Positions 1 to 9,531 of a stretch of 64,000 nt of DNA are shown one piece after another. Each line of letters opens with the position of its first letter. Within the stretch, counting starts at the first letter, position 1. Where the stretch lies: contig CAAFWO010000008.1 in NCBI GenBank assembly GCA_900766735.1, positions 2,022 to 66,021 of the forward strand. The letters are read 5' to 3'. Position numbers and translations under genes: made by a program. The DNA comes from Clostridia bacterium. GTDB taxonomy: Bacteria > Bacillota > Clostridia > CAKSNL01 > HGM11501. Under the pieces are notes generated by a model, which made no database searches, was not told the DNA's origin, and saw only the letters and a program-made list of their open reading frames with translations.

Positions 1-280
1 TCCAGCAGGTCAAAGCAACCGCGCCTTTGCCGGAATAACCTTCGTGGTCTGCGTTGCTCTTTGCGCCGTCCATAAGCTCAGCGTCCTCAGCCTCGAAGAA
101 GCTCCACTGTCTCTTCACAATGTCGGTATACTTAACAACAGATGCCTGATCGTTCGGTCTGTTCATCTCGTCACCCGTGCCGGGATCCTTAACCGTTGCC
201 GCCGCTTCCTCAGCGAAGCAAGCGATGCCCATTGTAAGTACCATTGCCAATGTAAGAATTACCGCTAAAAATTTTCTCAT
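1..280 (-). CDS. secreted protein, N-terminal fragment (continues beyond window start)
   Basis: Minus-strand ATG at 278-280, 8 nt after AGGAGG. Reads MRKFLAVILTLAMVLTMGIACFAEEAAATVKDPGTGDEMNRP..., a signal-peptide-like N-terminus, and stays open to position 1. It is absent from the ORF track only because no stop lies in the window. The + ORF 44..268 is its antisense shadow. Confidence 0.5.
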   Translation of the reverse strand, partial: MRKFLAVILTLAMVLTMGIACFAEEAAATVKDPGTGDEMNRPNDQASVVKYTDIVKRQWSFFEAEDAELMDGAKSNADHEGYSGKGAVALTCW

Positions 281-319
281 AATGCATTCCTCCTATTTTT
301 GTTATACGACTTTACTTAA

Positions 320-348
320 ATATTACCACATTTTCGCTGCCAAGTCAA
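320..348 (-). promoter_or_regulatory. sigma-A type promoter (TTGACT-17 nt-TAATAT)
   Basis: Minus strand: -35 TTGACT at 343-348 and -10 TAATAT at 320-325, with a 17-nt spacer, upstream of the ATG at 280. Confidence 0.5.
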
Positions 349-360
349 TATAATTCTGTG

Positions 361-407
361 AAAAAAGCAAAAAAGGTGTGGCTGATCACACCTTTTTTGC
401 TTTTTTA
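361..407. terminator. bidirectional intrinsic terminator after rhaA
   Basis: Stem gcaaaaaaggtgtg (367-380) pairs with cacaccttttttgc (387-400). It is flanked by an A-run on the left and a T-run on the right. Confidence 0.7.
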
Positions 408-408
408 T

Positions 409-1665
409 TTATCTCTTCGAAAGAACTTCTTTTTCGTATCTCTCAATCTCGTCAAACCAGCTCATATCGCCCTTCTTGCCGCAAACCTGGCAGTAATGCT
501 CCCAAACATCGCCGAAGGGAAGAGTCTTAAGCTCCTCCTGAGCGACCATAAGCTTGGTGAAGGAAGCTGAATCCTGAAGCTTCTTAAGGTCTTCAGAGGG
601 AGTCAAAAGTGCGTTGAGCAACGCCTTCTGCCAGCTTCTGAACCCAACAACCCATGCGCTGATACGGTTGATCGAAGCGTCGAAATAGTCAAGCGCCATA
701 TATACTCTTCCGAGTGCGTCGTTTCTCACGATCTCCTTTGCCATCTCTCTAACCTCGTCCTCATAAAGAAGAACGTGGTCGGAATCCCATCTGATGCCTC
801 TTGTGATGTGGAGCGCGATCTCGGGGAAGAATGTCAAAAGCGCGGGAATCTTATCGGACACGACTTCAGTCGGATGATAGTGGCCGTTATCCATAAGCGG
901 CAGGCATCCGTCATGCGTTGCGGCAAATGTGAGCGTAAACTCGGCAGAGCCGGTCGTATACGCCTCAACGCCGATACCGAACACCTTGGACTCAACGCAG
1001 GGCTTAACAAGGTTCTTGTCGAAAGGCTCGGACAATATCTCCTCGATGGACTCTTTATATCTCATTCTCGGGCCGAGTCTGTCAGCCGGAATGTCCTTAA
1101 ATCCGTCGCCGGTCCAGATATTCATAACGCAGGGAACGCCCGTTTCTTTTGCGAAATATTCTGAAATTCTTATGCAAGCCTTACCGTGCTCGATCCAGAA
1201 CTTTCTGACATCAGGATCGGGAGACGATAATGTGAGCCCGTTCTTAACCATGGGGTGCGAGAAGAATGTGGGGTTAAAGTCGATACCTACATTATATTTC
1301 TTCGCAAAGTCGACCCATCTTTTAAAGTGCTTGGGCTCAAGCTTGTCTCTGTCGGCAAATTTGCCGTCCTCAAAAATTGCATAGCAAGCGTGAACGTTAA
1401 GCTTAACCTTACCGGGGCAAAGCGAAATCGCCTCTTCCATATCGGCAATGAGCTCATCGGGAGTCTTCGCCTTTCCGGGATAGTTACCGGTCGTCTGAAT
1501 ACCGCCTGTCAAAGGGCCGTCATGGTCGAAACCGATAACGTCGTCTCCCTGCCAGCAGTGAAGCGAAACGGGAATGTTTTTAAGTGTTTCGATCGCCTTG
1601 TCGGTGTCAACGCCCAACTCGGCATACCTTGCCTTGGCATAGCTGTATCTGTCGTTTATATTCAT
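409..1665 (-). CDS. rhaA: L-rhamnose isomerase
   Basis: 418 aa, the length of RhaA. Family-typical stretches include SLHCWQGDDV and GHYHPTE, with end-to-end resemblance to RhaA. Confidence 0.88.
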   Translation of the reverse strand: MNINDRYSYAKARYAELGVDTDKAIETLKNIPVSLHCWQGDDVIGFDHDGPLTGGIQTTGNYPGKAKTPDELIADMEEAISLCPGKVKLNVHACYAIFEDGKFADRDKLEPKHFKRWVDFAKKYNVGIDFNPTFFSHPMVKNGLTLSSPDPDVRKFWIEHGKACIRISEYFAKETGVPCVMNIWTGDGFKDIPADRLGPRMRYKESIEEILSEPFDKNLVKPCVESKVFGIGVEAYTTGSAEFTLTFAATHDGCLPLMDNGHYHPTEVVSDKIPALLTFFPEIALHITRGIRWDSDHVLLYEDEVREMAKEIVRNDALGRVYMALDYFDASINRISAWVVGFRSWQKALLNALLTPSEDLKKLQDSASFTKLMVAQEELKTLPFGDVWEHYCQVCGKKGDMSWFDEIERYEKEVLSKR

Positions 1666-1743
1666 TGATTCATACCTCCTTCAATATATATTAATTTTAT
1701 ATCAAAAGAACAAGATAGTCAAGCCTTTTCGGAAAATATTTTC

Positions 1744-2514
1744 TCATCTTATTATGTGCCTGGGACAAACCTCCGCGCACTTGCCGCAGCCGGTGCACTT
1801 GTCATAGTCGATCTTCGCTAAGTTATCCGTGACCGTGATCGCCTCATACGCGCAGACCTTCGTGCATTTGCCGCAGCCTATGCACCCGTCCGGGCAGGCG
1901 TTTTTCATATATATCGCCTTTTCGTGGGAGTTGCATACAACGGAATATTTTGCCTTTTCCGGGATGAGCCCGATGAGCCCTCTCGGGCACGCACGGGCGC
2001 ATGCGCCGCAGCCGGTGCACTTTTCCTCATCCACCGCCGGAATAGAGTCCACCATCGAAAGAGCGCCGGAGGGACAGACCTTTATGCAGTTTCCAAGGCC
2101 AATACACCCGTATTTACAGGTCTTGACGCCGCCCATCAGCATCGCCGCATATGCGCAGTCGGGCGCTCCGTCATAGCGGTAACGCTCGTTCGCGCCGCCG
2201 GTGCACCCGATGAACGCGTATTTTTTAGAGAATTCCGATTTTGTGCCCATTATGTCCGCAATATAGCGCGCGACCTCTTCTCCGCCGACGGCGCAAAGGT
2301 CGCACTCCGCCTTGCCCGAGACGACCGCCTCGGCATATGCAGAACAGCCGGCAAAGCCGCATCCGCCGCAGTTTGCGCCGGGAAGCGTCTCCTCGATTAA
2401 GGGAATCCTCTCGTCCTTCTTGACCTTGAATATGAACCCCGCGACCGCCAAAAGAGCGCCGAAAATGAGGCCTGCTCCGCCGACGATCAGGGCGGGAATT
2501 AAAATTTCATTCAT
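1744..2514 (-). CDS. rnfB: Rnf electron transport complex subunit B (polyferredoxin)
   Basis: N-terminal TM helix, then PGANCGGCGFAGC and several CxxCxxCxxxCP 4Fe-4S motifs. It is the last gene of an rnfCDGEAB array. Confidence 0.88.
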   Translation of the reverse strand: MNEILIPALIVGGAGLIFGALLAVAGFIFKVKKDERIPLIEETLPGANCGGCGFAGCSAYAEAVVSGKAECDLCAVGGEEVARYIADIMGTKSEFSKKYAFIGCTGGANERYRYDGAPDCAYAAMLMGGVKTCKYGCIGLGNCIKVCPSGALSMVDSIPAVDEEKCTGCGACARACPRGLIGLIPEKAKYSVVCNSHEKAIYMKNACPDGCIGCGKCTKVCAYEAITVTDNLAKIDYDKCTGCGKCAEVCPRHIIR

Positions 2515-2527
2515 TGACCGTGCCTCC

Positions 2528-3112
2528 TTATCCTATTGAAAAGCCCGAGAAGCCCAAAAACGCCATCGCCAGAAGCGAAGCTGATATGAGCGCGATCGGA
2601 AAGCCGGACAAGGCCTTCGGATAGTCCTCGGTTTTCAAGCGTTCCCTCACACCGGCAAGAAGCAATATCGCAAGAAGGAAGCCGATGCCGGCCGAAAAGC
2701 CGTACCACACGGCGGAAAAAACGTCCGCCGTCTCCTCGGACGCGGTGATCGCAACGCCCAAAACCGCGCAGTTCGTCGTTATCAGCGGAAGATATATTCC
2801 GAGCGACGAATAAAGCGCCGGGAGAGACTTTTGTAAGAACATCTCCACAAACTGAACGAGCGACGCAATGATCAAAATGAACACGATCGTCTGAAGATAT
2901 TCCATTCCGAGCGGCTTTAATATGTACTTTTCCGCCAGAAACGTCATAAGATTCGAAAGCGACATAACGAAAGTTACCGCCATGCCCATTCCGAGCGCCG
3001 TGTCCACCTTTTTGGAAACGCCCAGGAAAGGACAGATGCCCATAAACTGAACGAGCACGAAGTTTTCAACCAATATCGCCGTGAGCGAGATCGTAAAAAG
3101 TTCCATAAGCAT
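2528..3112 (-). CDS. rnfA: Rnf complex subunit A
   Basis: 194-aa polytopic membrane protein with ENFVLVQFMGICPFLGVSKK, typical of RnfA/NqrE. Operon context supports the call. Confidence 0.88.
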   Translation of the reverse strand: MLMELFTISLTAILVENFVLVQFMGICPFLGVSKKVDTALGMGMAVTFVMSLSNLMTFLAEKYILKPLGMEYLQTIVFILIIASLVQFVEMFLQKSLPALYSSLGIYLPLITTNCAVLGVAITASEETADVFSAVWYGFSAGIGFLLAILLLAGVRERLKTEDYPKALSGFPIALISASLLAMAFLGFSGFSIG

Positions 3113-3115
3113 CGC

Positions 3116-3679
3116 TTAAGCACCTTCCTTTCGTGTTATTACCGTTACGATTGCAAGGAGTATTCCCAAAATGAGAAATCCTCCCGGAGGCTGTGTGATG
3201 ATGCCTATGCCGCAAACACTGCCAAGAAACTGCCTTACCGCCGAGATGACCGTTAACGAAACGGTGAATCCGAGCCCCATGCCGAGCCCGTCCAAAAGCG
3301 AGGGGAGCGGCGTATTCTTGGACGCGAACGCCTCCGCGCGCGCCAGGATTATGCAGTTTACAACTATCAGCGGAATGAAGATTCCGAGGCTCTTATAAAG
3401 GTCGGGAATATATGCCTGCAAAAGAAGCTGAACGACCGTTACAAAGCTTGCGATGACGACGATATACGCCGCGATCCTCACCCTCTGCGGAATGAACTTT
3501 CGAAGAAGCGAGATGAAAAGGTTTGAAAACATTAAGACCAGCGTCGCGGAAAGGCCCATGCCGAGCCCGTTTGCGATGCTTGTCGTGACCGCAAGCGTCG
3601 GGCACATTCCGAGCACCTGAACGAATGTGGGGTTCTGCGTGATGATGCCCCGCTTTAAGCTTTCTTTCAAGAGCTTCAT
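3116..3679 (-). CDS. rnfE: Rnf complex subunit E
   Basis: 187-aa membrane protein with QNPTFVQVLGMCPTLAVTTS, typical of RnfE/NqrD. Operon context supports the call. Confidence 0.88.
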   Translation of the reverse strand: MKLLKESLKRGIITQNPTFVQVLGMCPTLAVTTSIANGLGMGLSATLVLMFSNLFISLLRKFIPQRVRIAAYIVVIASFVTVVQLLLQAYIPDLYKSLGIFIPLIVVNCIILARAEAFASKNTPLPSLLDGLGMGLGFTVSLTVISAVRQFLGSVCGIGIITQPPGGFLILGILLAIVTVITRKEGA

Positions 3680-4251
3680 CTTATCCCCTCCTTTTCAAAA
3701 TAGTCCTTTGCTATTTCAGCGGCGTTGTTGACGCCGTTTTTAATGCCGTTTGTCGTCTTTGTCGCGCCGGTGATCGCCTCGATCACACCGCCCTGCCCGT
3801 TTTCGCCCGAGAGCATAACGGGAGTTTTTAAGCTTTTGAACTGATTTTTAAATCCGTCCGTGTCCGCCTCGGCTCCGAGACCCGGAGTTTCCGAGTGCTC
3901 CATTATGTTGATGCCGGTGACGGTCGCCCCGTCGGCGGCGATCCCCGTCATAAACACGAGTCCGGAATTATAGCCCTTGACGCTCTGCTTTATGCAGATG
4001 CCGATAACGTTTCCGCCTGAATCCTTGGCAAGCGCGCCCTCCACATTTTCGCCGTACGACGAAAGGTCAACGTCCGAAAACTCGGCGTCGCCCATAACGG
4101 CCTCACAGCTTTCCTTAAAGGCAAGGCTGTTGTTTTCCTCAATTTTTTCCTTGGTCAGCATATTGACAAACGCTAAAATGAGGGTGGAAACGAAGCAGAT
4201 GATAAAGAGCCTTAACGCAACGGAAACTATGCCCTCTTTGTTCTTTGCCAT
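3676..4251 (-). CDS. rnfG: Rnf complex subunit G (FMN-binding)
   Basis: 191 aa with an N-terminal TM anchor and a C-terminal ITGATKTT FMN-attachment motif. It overlaps its neighbours by a few nt. Confidence 0.82.
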   Translation of the reverse strand: MAKNKEGIVSVALRLFIICFVSTLILAFVNMLTKEKIEENNSLAFKESCEAVMGDAEFSDVDLSSYGENVEGALAKDSGGNVIGICIKQSVKGYNSGLVFMTGIAADGATVTGINIMEHSETPGLGAEADTDGFKNQFKSLKTPVMLSGENGQGGVIEAITGATKTTNGIKNGVNNAAEIAKDYFEKEGIR

Positions 4252-5207
4252 TTTGACGCCTCCCCGAATCTTTTATTTTTGCACACTCTGTCAATAAGCG
4301 GAGTCGCCGCGTTCATAAGAAGTATCGAATAGCTGACTCCCTCGGGGTATCCGCCCCAGGTTCTTATCGAAACGGTCAATATTCCGCAAAGTATTCCGGC
4401 CGCGATCATTCCCTTGCCGGTGACGGGCGTTGTGACATAGTCGGTCGCCATGAAGAACGCGCCGAGCATGAGACCGCCCGAAAGAAGGCTTTTAAGCGTG
4501 AACACGCCGTCAAATCCCGAGACTAAACAGGTCAAAACCGCAACGGTCAAAATATAGCTTACCGGAATGTGCGGTCTTATGATCTTTCTTACCATAAGGT
4601 AAAGTCCGCCGAGAATCAATAAAAACGCGCTGACCTCGCCTATACAGCCGCCGGTCTTACCCAGAAACATATCCAAAAGCGAATATTTTGCATTTGAAAG
4701 GTCGGAAAGCGGGGTCGCCCCGGTCACCGCGTCGGCTAACTTAAACGTGCGGTCAAATGGTGAGGCCCACCTTGTCATATTCGAAGCGAAGGACGCCATT
4801 AAGAACGCACGCGCCGAAAGAGCCGGGTTCATAAAGTTGCAGCCGAGGCCGCCGAACATCATCTTTACTACTACGATCGCAAAAACACAGCCAAGCGCCG
4901 CCTGCCAGAAGGGCATAAGCGAGGAAACGTTCATCGCTATCAAAAGCCCCGTCACCGCCGCGCTCATATCGTGCACGGTGTTTTCCTTATGCATCACAAG
5001 GTTAAATGCCGTTTCCGAGAGCACCGAAGCAGAAACGCACACTAAAATCATAATAAGCGCGCGGAGGCCGAAAACGTATACGCCCCAGAGCGCCGCCGGG
5101 CAAAGCGCAAGAAAGACATTTCCCATTATGCCGGAGGTCTTTTTATAGCTTCTTAAATGCGGTGTTTCGGAAACAACGAGCAATTTTTCATCGAAATTTT
5201 CCATCAT
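4227..5207 (-). CDS. rnfD: Rnf complex subunit D
   Basis: 326-aa polytopic membrane protein of RnfD/NqrB type, with SGATPL-like and ATDYVT motifs. Operon context supports the call. Confidence 0.85.
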   Translation of the reverse strand: MMENFDEKLLVVSETPHLRSYKKTSGIMGNVFLALCPAALWGVYVFGLRALIMILVCVSASVLSETAFNLVMHKENTVHDMSAAVTGLLIAMNVSSLMPFWQAALGCVFAIVVVKMMFGGLGCNFMNPALSARAFLMASFASNMTRWASPFDRTFKLADAVTGATPLSDLSNAKYSLLDMFLGKTGGCIGEVSAFLLILGGLYLMVRKIIRPHIPVSYILTVAVLTCLVSGFDGVFTLKSLLSGGLMLGAFFMATDYVTTPVTGKGMIAAGILCGILTVSIRTWGGYPEGVSYSILLMNAATPLIDRVCKNKRFGEASKWQRTKRA

Positions 5208-5213
5208 TTCACC

Positions 5214-6509
5214 CTACCTTCCGTTTCTGAGCGCACTTTTGCCGCGCCTTATCGTCGCAACCGGGTTCCTGTCCGACGGGCAGGAATATGCACAGCATCC
5301 GCACTCGATGCAGGACATAATGCCGTTCTTCTTTGCCTCGTCCCAGTTCTTTTCTGCGACAAGCTCCGAAAGCGTCAGGGGCGAGAGCCCCATGGGACAG
5401 GCGAAAACGCACGAAGCGCACCTTATGCACTTTTCCTCGGTCTTTGTGCCGAGCTCTTTATCCGTCAGCGCCAGAAGGCCGGACGTTGTCTTGAGCACGG
5501 GAACGGACAGGCTGTACTGGCTCTGCCCCATCATCGGCCCTCCGGCAATGATCTTTGCCGGCTGGGTGACAAAGCCGCCCGCGTTTTCAAAGACGAACGA
5601 GAACGGAGTTCCGATCTTTACAAGGAAGTTTGAGGGTTTTTTAACAGCCGCACCGGCAACGGTGACGATTCGCTCCGTCACAGGTATTCCGCGGCGGACC
5701 GCTCTGCTCATCGAAGAGACGGTGTCCACGTTGAACACCAAAACGCCGACGTCCGCCGGGAGGCCGCCCTCGGGCACCTTGCGCCCGGTCACGGCATATA
5801 TCAGCTGTTTTTCGCTCCCCTGAGGGTATTTTGTCCTTAACACCTTTATATGCATACTCGACTTTAAAAGGGGCGTTATTTTTCCCGAAACGTCCTTTTT
5901 ATTGTCCTCAAGCGCGATTATGGCGCGCTTTATGCCGAGCGCGTGAATGACTATGTCGATCCCGTCTATCATATCGGAGGGAGACTCTTTTAAGATTCTG
6001 TAGTCGCTCGTTAAGTAAGGCTCGCACTCCGACGCGTTGATGATGACAGTGTCTATCTTTTTGTCTGTCGCGAGCTTAACGTGAGAGGGAAAGCCTGCTC
6101 CGCCCATTCCGACGATGCCGGCGCGCTTTGTAAGTTCAATCAACTTCTCGCGCGAAACGTACCCCGCCGGGAAATGCTCAAACGGCTCTTCCTCATCGTT
6201 CATAAAATCGTTTTTGATTATGACCGCGTCCGCCTCGTCGCCCCTCGGGGTGAGCGTACGCGTTACCTTGTCGACCACGCCGGACACGGAGGAGTGTATC
6301 GGCGCGGACATAAACTCAGGGCTTTCGGCAATAATCTGCCCTTTTTTCACGGTGTCGCCCTTTTTAACGGTCGGGGCGGTTCCCCTGCCGCCCTGACTCA
6401 GTAAAAAGGTATACTCGTCGCATTCTGAAAGTTTTTCAATCGGTCTTTCCTTTGTCTGCTCCTTATGGTCATTCGGATGAATACCGCCCTTGAACCCTGA
6501 AAAAAGCAT
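5214..6509 (-). CDS. rnfC: Rnf complex subunit C
   Basis: 431 aa starting MLFSGFKGGIHP, with a GMGGAGFP nucleotide-binding motif and two C-terminal CxxCxxCxxxCP clusters. Confidence 0.88.
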   Translation of the reverse strand: MLFSGFKGGIHPNDHKEQTKERPIEKLSECDEYTFLLSQGGRGTAPTVKKGDTVKKGQIIAESPEFMSAPIHSSVSGVVDKVTRTLTPRGDEADAVIIKNDFMNDEEEPFEHFPAGYVSREKLIELTKRAGIVGMGGAGFPSHVKLATDKKIDTVIINASECEPYLTSDYRILKESPSDMIDGIDIVIHALGIKRAIIALEDNKKDVSGKITPLLKSSMHIKVLRTKYPQGSEKQLIYAVTGRKVPEGGLPADVGVLVFNVDTVSSMSRAVRRGIPVTERIVTVAGAAVKKPSNFLVKIGTPFSFVFENAGGFVTQPAKIIAGGPMMGQSQYSLSVPVLKTTSGLLALTDKELGTKTEEKCIRCASCVFACPMGLSPLTLSELVAEKNWDEAKKNGIMSCIECGCCAYSCPSDRNPVATIRRGKSALRNGR

Positions 6510-6522
6510 TTAATAACCTCCC

Positions 6523-8677
6523 TTATTCGGTCACCTCAAACGAAGCCTCGAGGCTCTTATCGTCCGAATCGTGCGCGATCCAGAGCTTAAAGTCGCCCGG
6601 CTCCGTGACCTTTTTCATTTCGTCATTTGTAAATGCAAGATCCTTTGCATAAAGGTCAAACGTGATCCTCTCGCTCTCGCCCTTCTTCAAGAAGAGCTTT
6701 TTATAGCCCTTAAGCTCCGCAACGGGGCGCACGCGGCTTCCGAAAAGGTCGCGCGTGTAGAGCTGAACAACGTCCGCTCCGTCGAAGCTTCCGGTGTTTT
6801 TAACCGTCACGCTGACTTTTATCATTCCGTCGGTTGCCATTTTGTCAGATGAAAGTTCAAGATCGGAATACTCAAATTCGGTATAGGACTTTCCGTATCC
6901 GAAGGGATAGAGCGCTCCGATCGGGCAGTCCATATATTTCGCCTCATAGTGAACCTTGCCGAGAGGCGGTCTTCCCGTCGAATAGTGGTTATAGTAAACA
7001 GGAACCTGTCCCGTCGTTCTCGGGAAGCTTACCGTCGTGTGGCCGGACGGATTGTGGCGGCCTGTTATAACCTCGGCAACCGCGTCGCCCTCGGCAACGC
7101 CCAGCTGCCACATATAAACTATCGCCGCCGCGCGGTCCTTATACTCCGTTAAAACGAGCGGTCTTCCCGCGCCTACGAGCATAACGACCTTTTTGCCGGT
7201 CGCAAAAAGCTTTTCAAGGAGCATCTTCTGCTCCTCGGGGAACTCAAGGTTTGACTTGCTCTTCGCTTCGCCTGCGAAATTGTTTCCTTCGCCGACGCAC
7301 GCAAAGATAATGTCCGCCCCGGAGGCTTTTTTAACAGCCTCGTCGATCGCCTTTTCGTCGACAGTCTCATCATCGACGGAAAATCCGGGAGCGACCGTCA
7401 TATCGGAGAAGTATTTTCCCATGCCCTCGGCGATCGAAATGTTCTTTTCCTCGTCAAACAACCATGCCCAGCATCCGGCCATATTCTTCTTATCGTCCGC
7501 AAGAGGGCCGATAAGCGCTATTTTTTCCGTTCCCTTCAAGGGAAGAGTTCCGTCGTTTTCCATTAAAACGATCGCGTTCTTCGCGCACTCGAGCGCATTC
7601 TTTATCGCGCTCGGCGTATAAGCTCCCGTTTTCTCCTCCTCGGGGTCAACATAGGGATTTTCGAAAAGACCGAGCATGAACTTAAGCGTTAAAATAACTC
7701 TTACCGAATCGTCGACAAGCTTGGGATCGATCTTTCCTTCTTCGATCAGCGCCGGGAGGTTGTCGTTATAAAGGTCGCCGGCCATTAACATATCGACACC
7801 GCCGCCGAATCCGAGGCGTGCCGCCTCCTTGCCGTCCTTCGCATAGCCGTGCTGGTGAAGCTCGTTGACCGCCATTGCATCACTCACAACGAATCCCTCA
7901 AAGCCGAGCATTCCGCGAAGAACATCGCGAAGCAGGAACTTGTTGCCCGAGCAGGGAACGCCGTTAAAGTCGTTGAACGCGGACATAACTGTCGCCGCGC
8001 CCTCGTCAATTCCGGCCTTGAACGAAGGAAGATATACGTCGTAAAGCGTCTGAAGTGACATATCGACGCTGTTATAGTCACGGCCGCCCTCACATGCGCC
8101 GTATGCAACATAGTGCTTCATGCATGCCAAGACTTTGCCCTTGGCGCCGATATCGTCACCCTGATAGCCGCGCACCGCAGCTCTTGCAAAGTCTGAGCAA
8201 AGATATGTATCCTCGCCGTAGCCCTCGGCAATTCTTCCCCATCTGGGGTCCGCGCGCTATATCTACCATGGGCGAAAACGTCCACTTGATTCCGGACTTA
8301 TAGCACTCCTCGGCCGCGTCCGAGCAGCACTGCTCGGCAAGCGCGGGCTCCCATGTGCAGGACTGAGCGAGCGGAATGGGCGACGTCGTCTTAAATCCGT
8401 GAATAACGTCCTCCGCGAAAAGTGCCGGAATCTTGAGCCTTGTGATGGACAAAAGCAATTCCTGAATGCGGTTTGTCTTTTCTGCTCCCTTAATAGTAAG
8501 ATATGAGCCCACCTTACCTTCGGCAAAGTGATCCTCGAAATACTGCTCGTCGTTTGTGTAAATTGATGTCCCGAACTGTGAAAGCTGACCGATCTTTTCT
8601 GTCAGAGTCATTTTCTCCATGAGCTCATTTGCTCTCTTTAATGCCTCTTTGTACCTCTTCTGTTTGCTTATTTTCAT
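6523..8677 (-). pseudogene. GH3 beta-glucosidase (BglX-like), frameshifted
   Basis: ORFs 8156..8677 and 6523..8175 are the N- and C-terminal parts of one GH3 enzyme. The N-terminal part reads ...FSPMVDIARGPQMGKNCRG, whereas the other frame gives the family-conserved DPRWGRIAEGYGEDTYL. One extra G/C at about 8251 (GCGCGCGGACCCC versus the expected GCGCGCGACCCC) explains the split. Confidence 0.8.
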
Positions 8678-9531
8678 CTAACATGCTCCTTTCTCAATAA
8701 AATTTTTTTGATTATATAAGGCGCTCCCGCCGTGATAGCAAAACCGAAAATGACGTATTCCAAAAACGCCGCGGCCGGAACCGACGTGTCCACCGGAATG
8801 AAGAGTGACTTTACCGCTAATATGACGATAAGGCCGATCACCGAGGCCGCGATCTTTTTGCCCAAACTTTCGGGCACACTGTATGAGATGTATTTTTCCT
8901 CAATCAGAAACCCTGTCACCGCGCCGACGGAAAGCGCCGTCATAACGACAAGATCCCTGTCAAATTTATAGACGACCGAAAAAACTGCCGACACAGCCGA
9001 AATTATGTATAAAAGGCTAAAGTGCCCGCTTTCTTCGGCCTTTTCAAAAAGCCAAATCGATAAAAGCGCCGTCACGATACCGAGCGCCGCGCCGACCGTT
9101 ACGTCCAGTATCGAGTGCATACCAAGATACATACGGCTTGTCATTATAAGAAGCGTTAAAATAATTCCCGATATGAGCACCCATCTTTTCCTGCCCGAAA
9201 GAACATATGCCGCCGTGCTGATGCCGGAGGCCTGCTGTGAATGGCCGGACGGGAAGGAATACCCTCCTGTCGTGTCGAGCTTTTTTATCTCCGGATCTTT
9301 TAAAAACGGGCGCGGGATCTTAAAATAAAGCTTTAGCGCCGAGTTTATCGTCACGGCCGATACGATCGACAGTGCCGTGATTATCCCCGAGCGCTTATTG
9401 ACCGACCAGAAGATCACGACCGCGATTATGCAAAGCGGATTTTCTGTTATGATGTCCGAAACGATCTTCATAAACGCCGTCAGAAAATCGGACTCAAAGC
9501 CCTGTAAAAACAAGTTCACTCCATACATCAT
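8674..9531 (-). CDS. PAP2-family membrane phosphatase
   Basis: PAP2 motifs KIPRPF, PSGHS and SRMYLGMHSILDV in a polytopic membrane protein. The likely start is the ATG at 9529-9531, overlapping the malQ stop as ATGA. The track start at 9558 lies inside malQ. Confidence 0.75.
   Translation of the reverse strand: MMYGVNLFLQGFESDFLTAFMKIVSDIITENPLCIIAVVIFWSVNKRSGIITALSIVSAVTINSALKLYFKIPRPFLKDPEIKKLDTTGGYSFPSGHSQQASGISTAAYVLSGRKRWVLISGIILTLLIMTSRMYLGMHSILDVTVGAALGIVTALLSIWLFEKAEESGHFSLLYIISAVSAVFSVVYKFDRDLVVMTALSVGAVTGFLIEEKYISYSVPESLGKKIAASVIGLIVILAVKSLFIPVDTSVPAAAFLEYVIFGFAITAGAPYIIKKILLRKEHVR

Noticed and set aside
44-268. The + strand ORF at 44..268 (74 aa), and the many similar 60-190-aa ORFs antisense to long genes. 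Examples are 775..1164, 1829..2176, 5239..5823, 7193..7621, 26971..27261, 34559..35152, 38250..38663, 46817..47089 and 52004..52267.
   Set aside because: They lie entirely inside, and antisense or out of frame to, long ORFs with clear family motifs. They have no RBS or promoter context and show low-complexity or odd composition. They are shadow ORFs typical of moderately GC-rich DNA.
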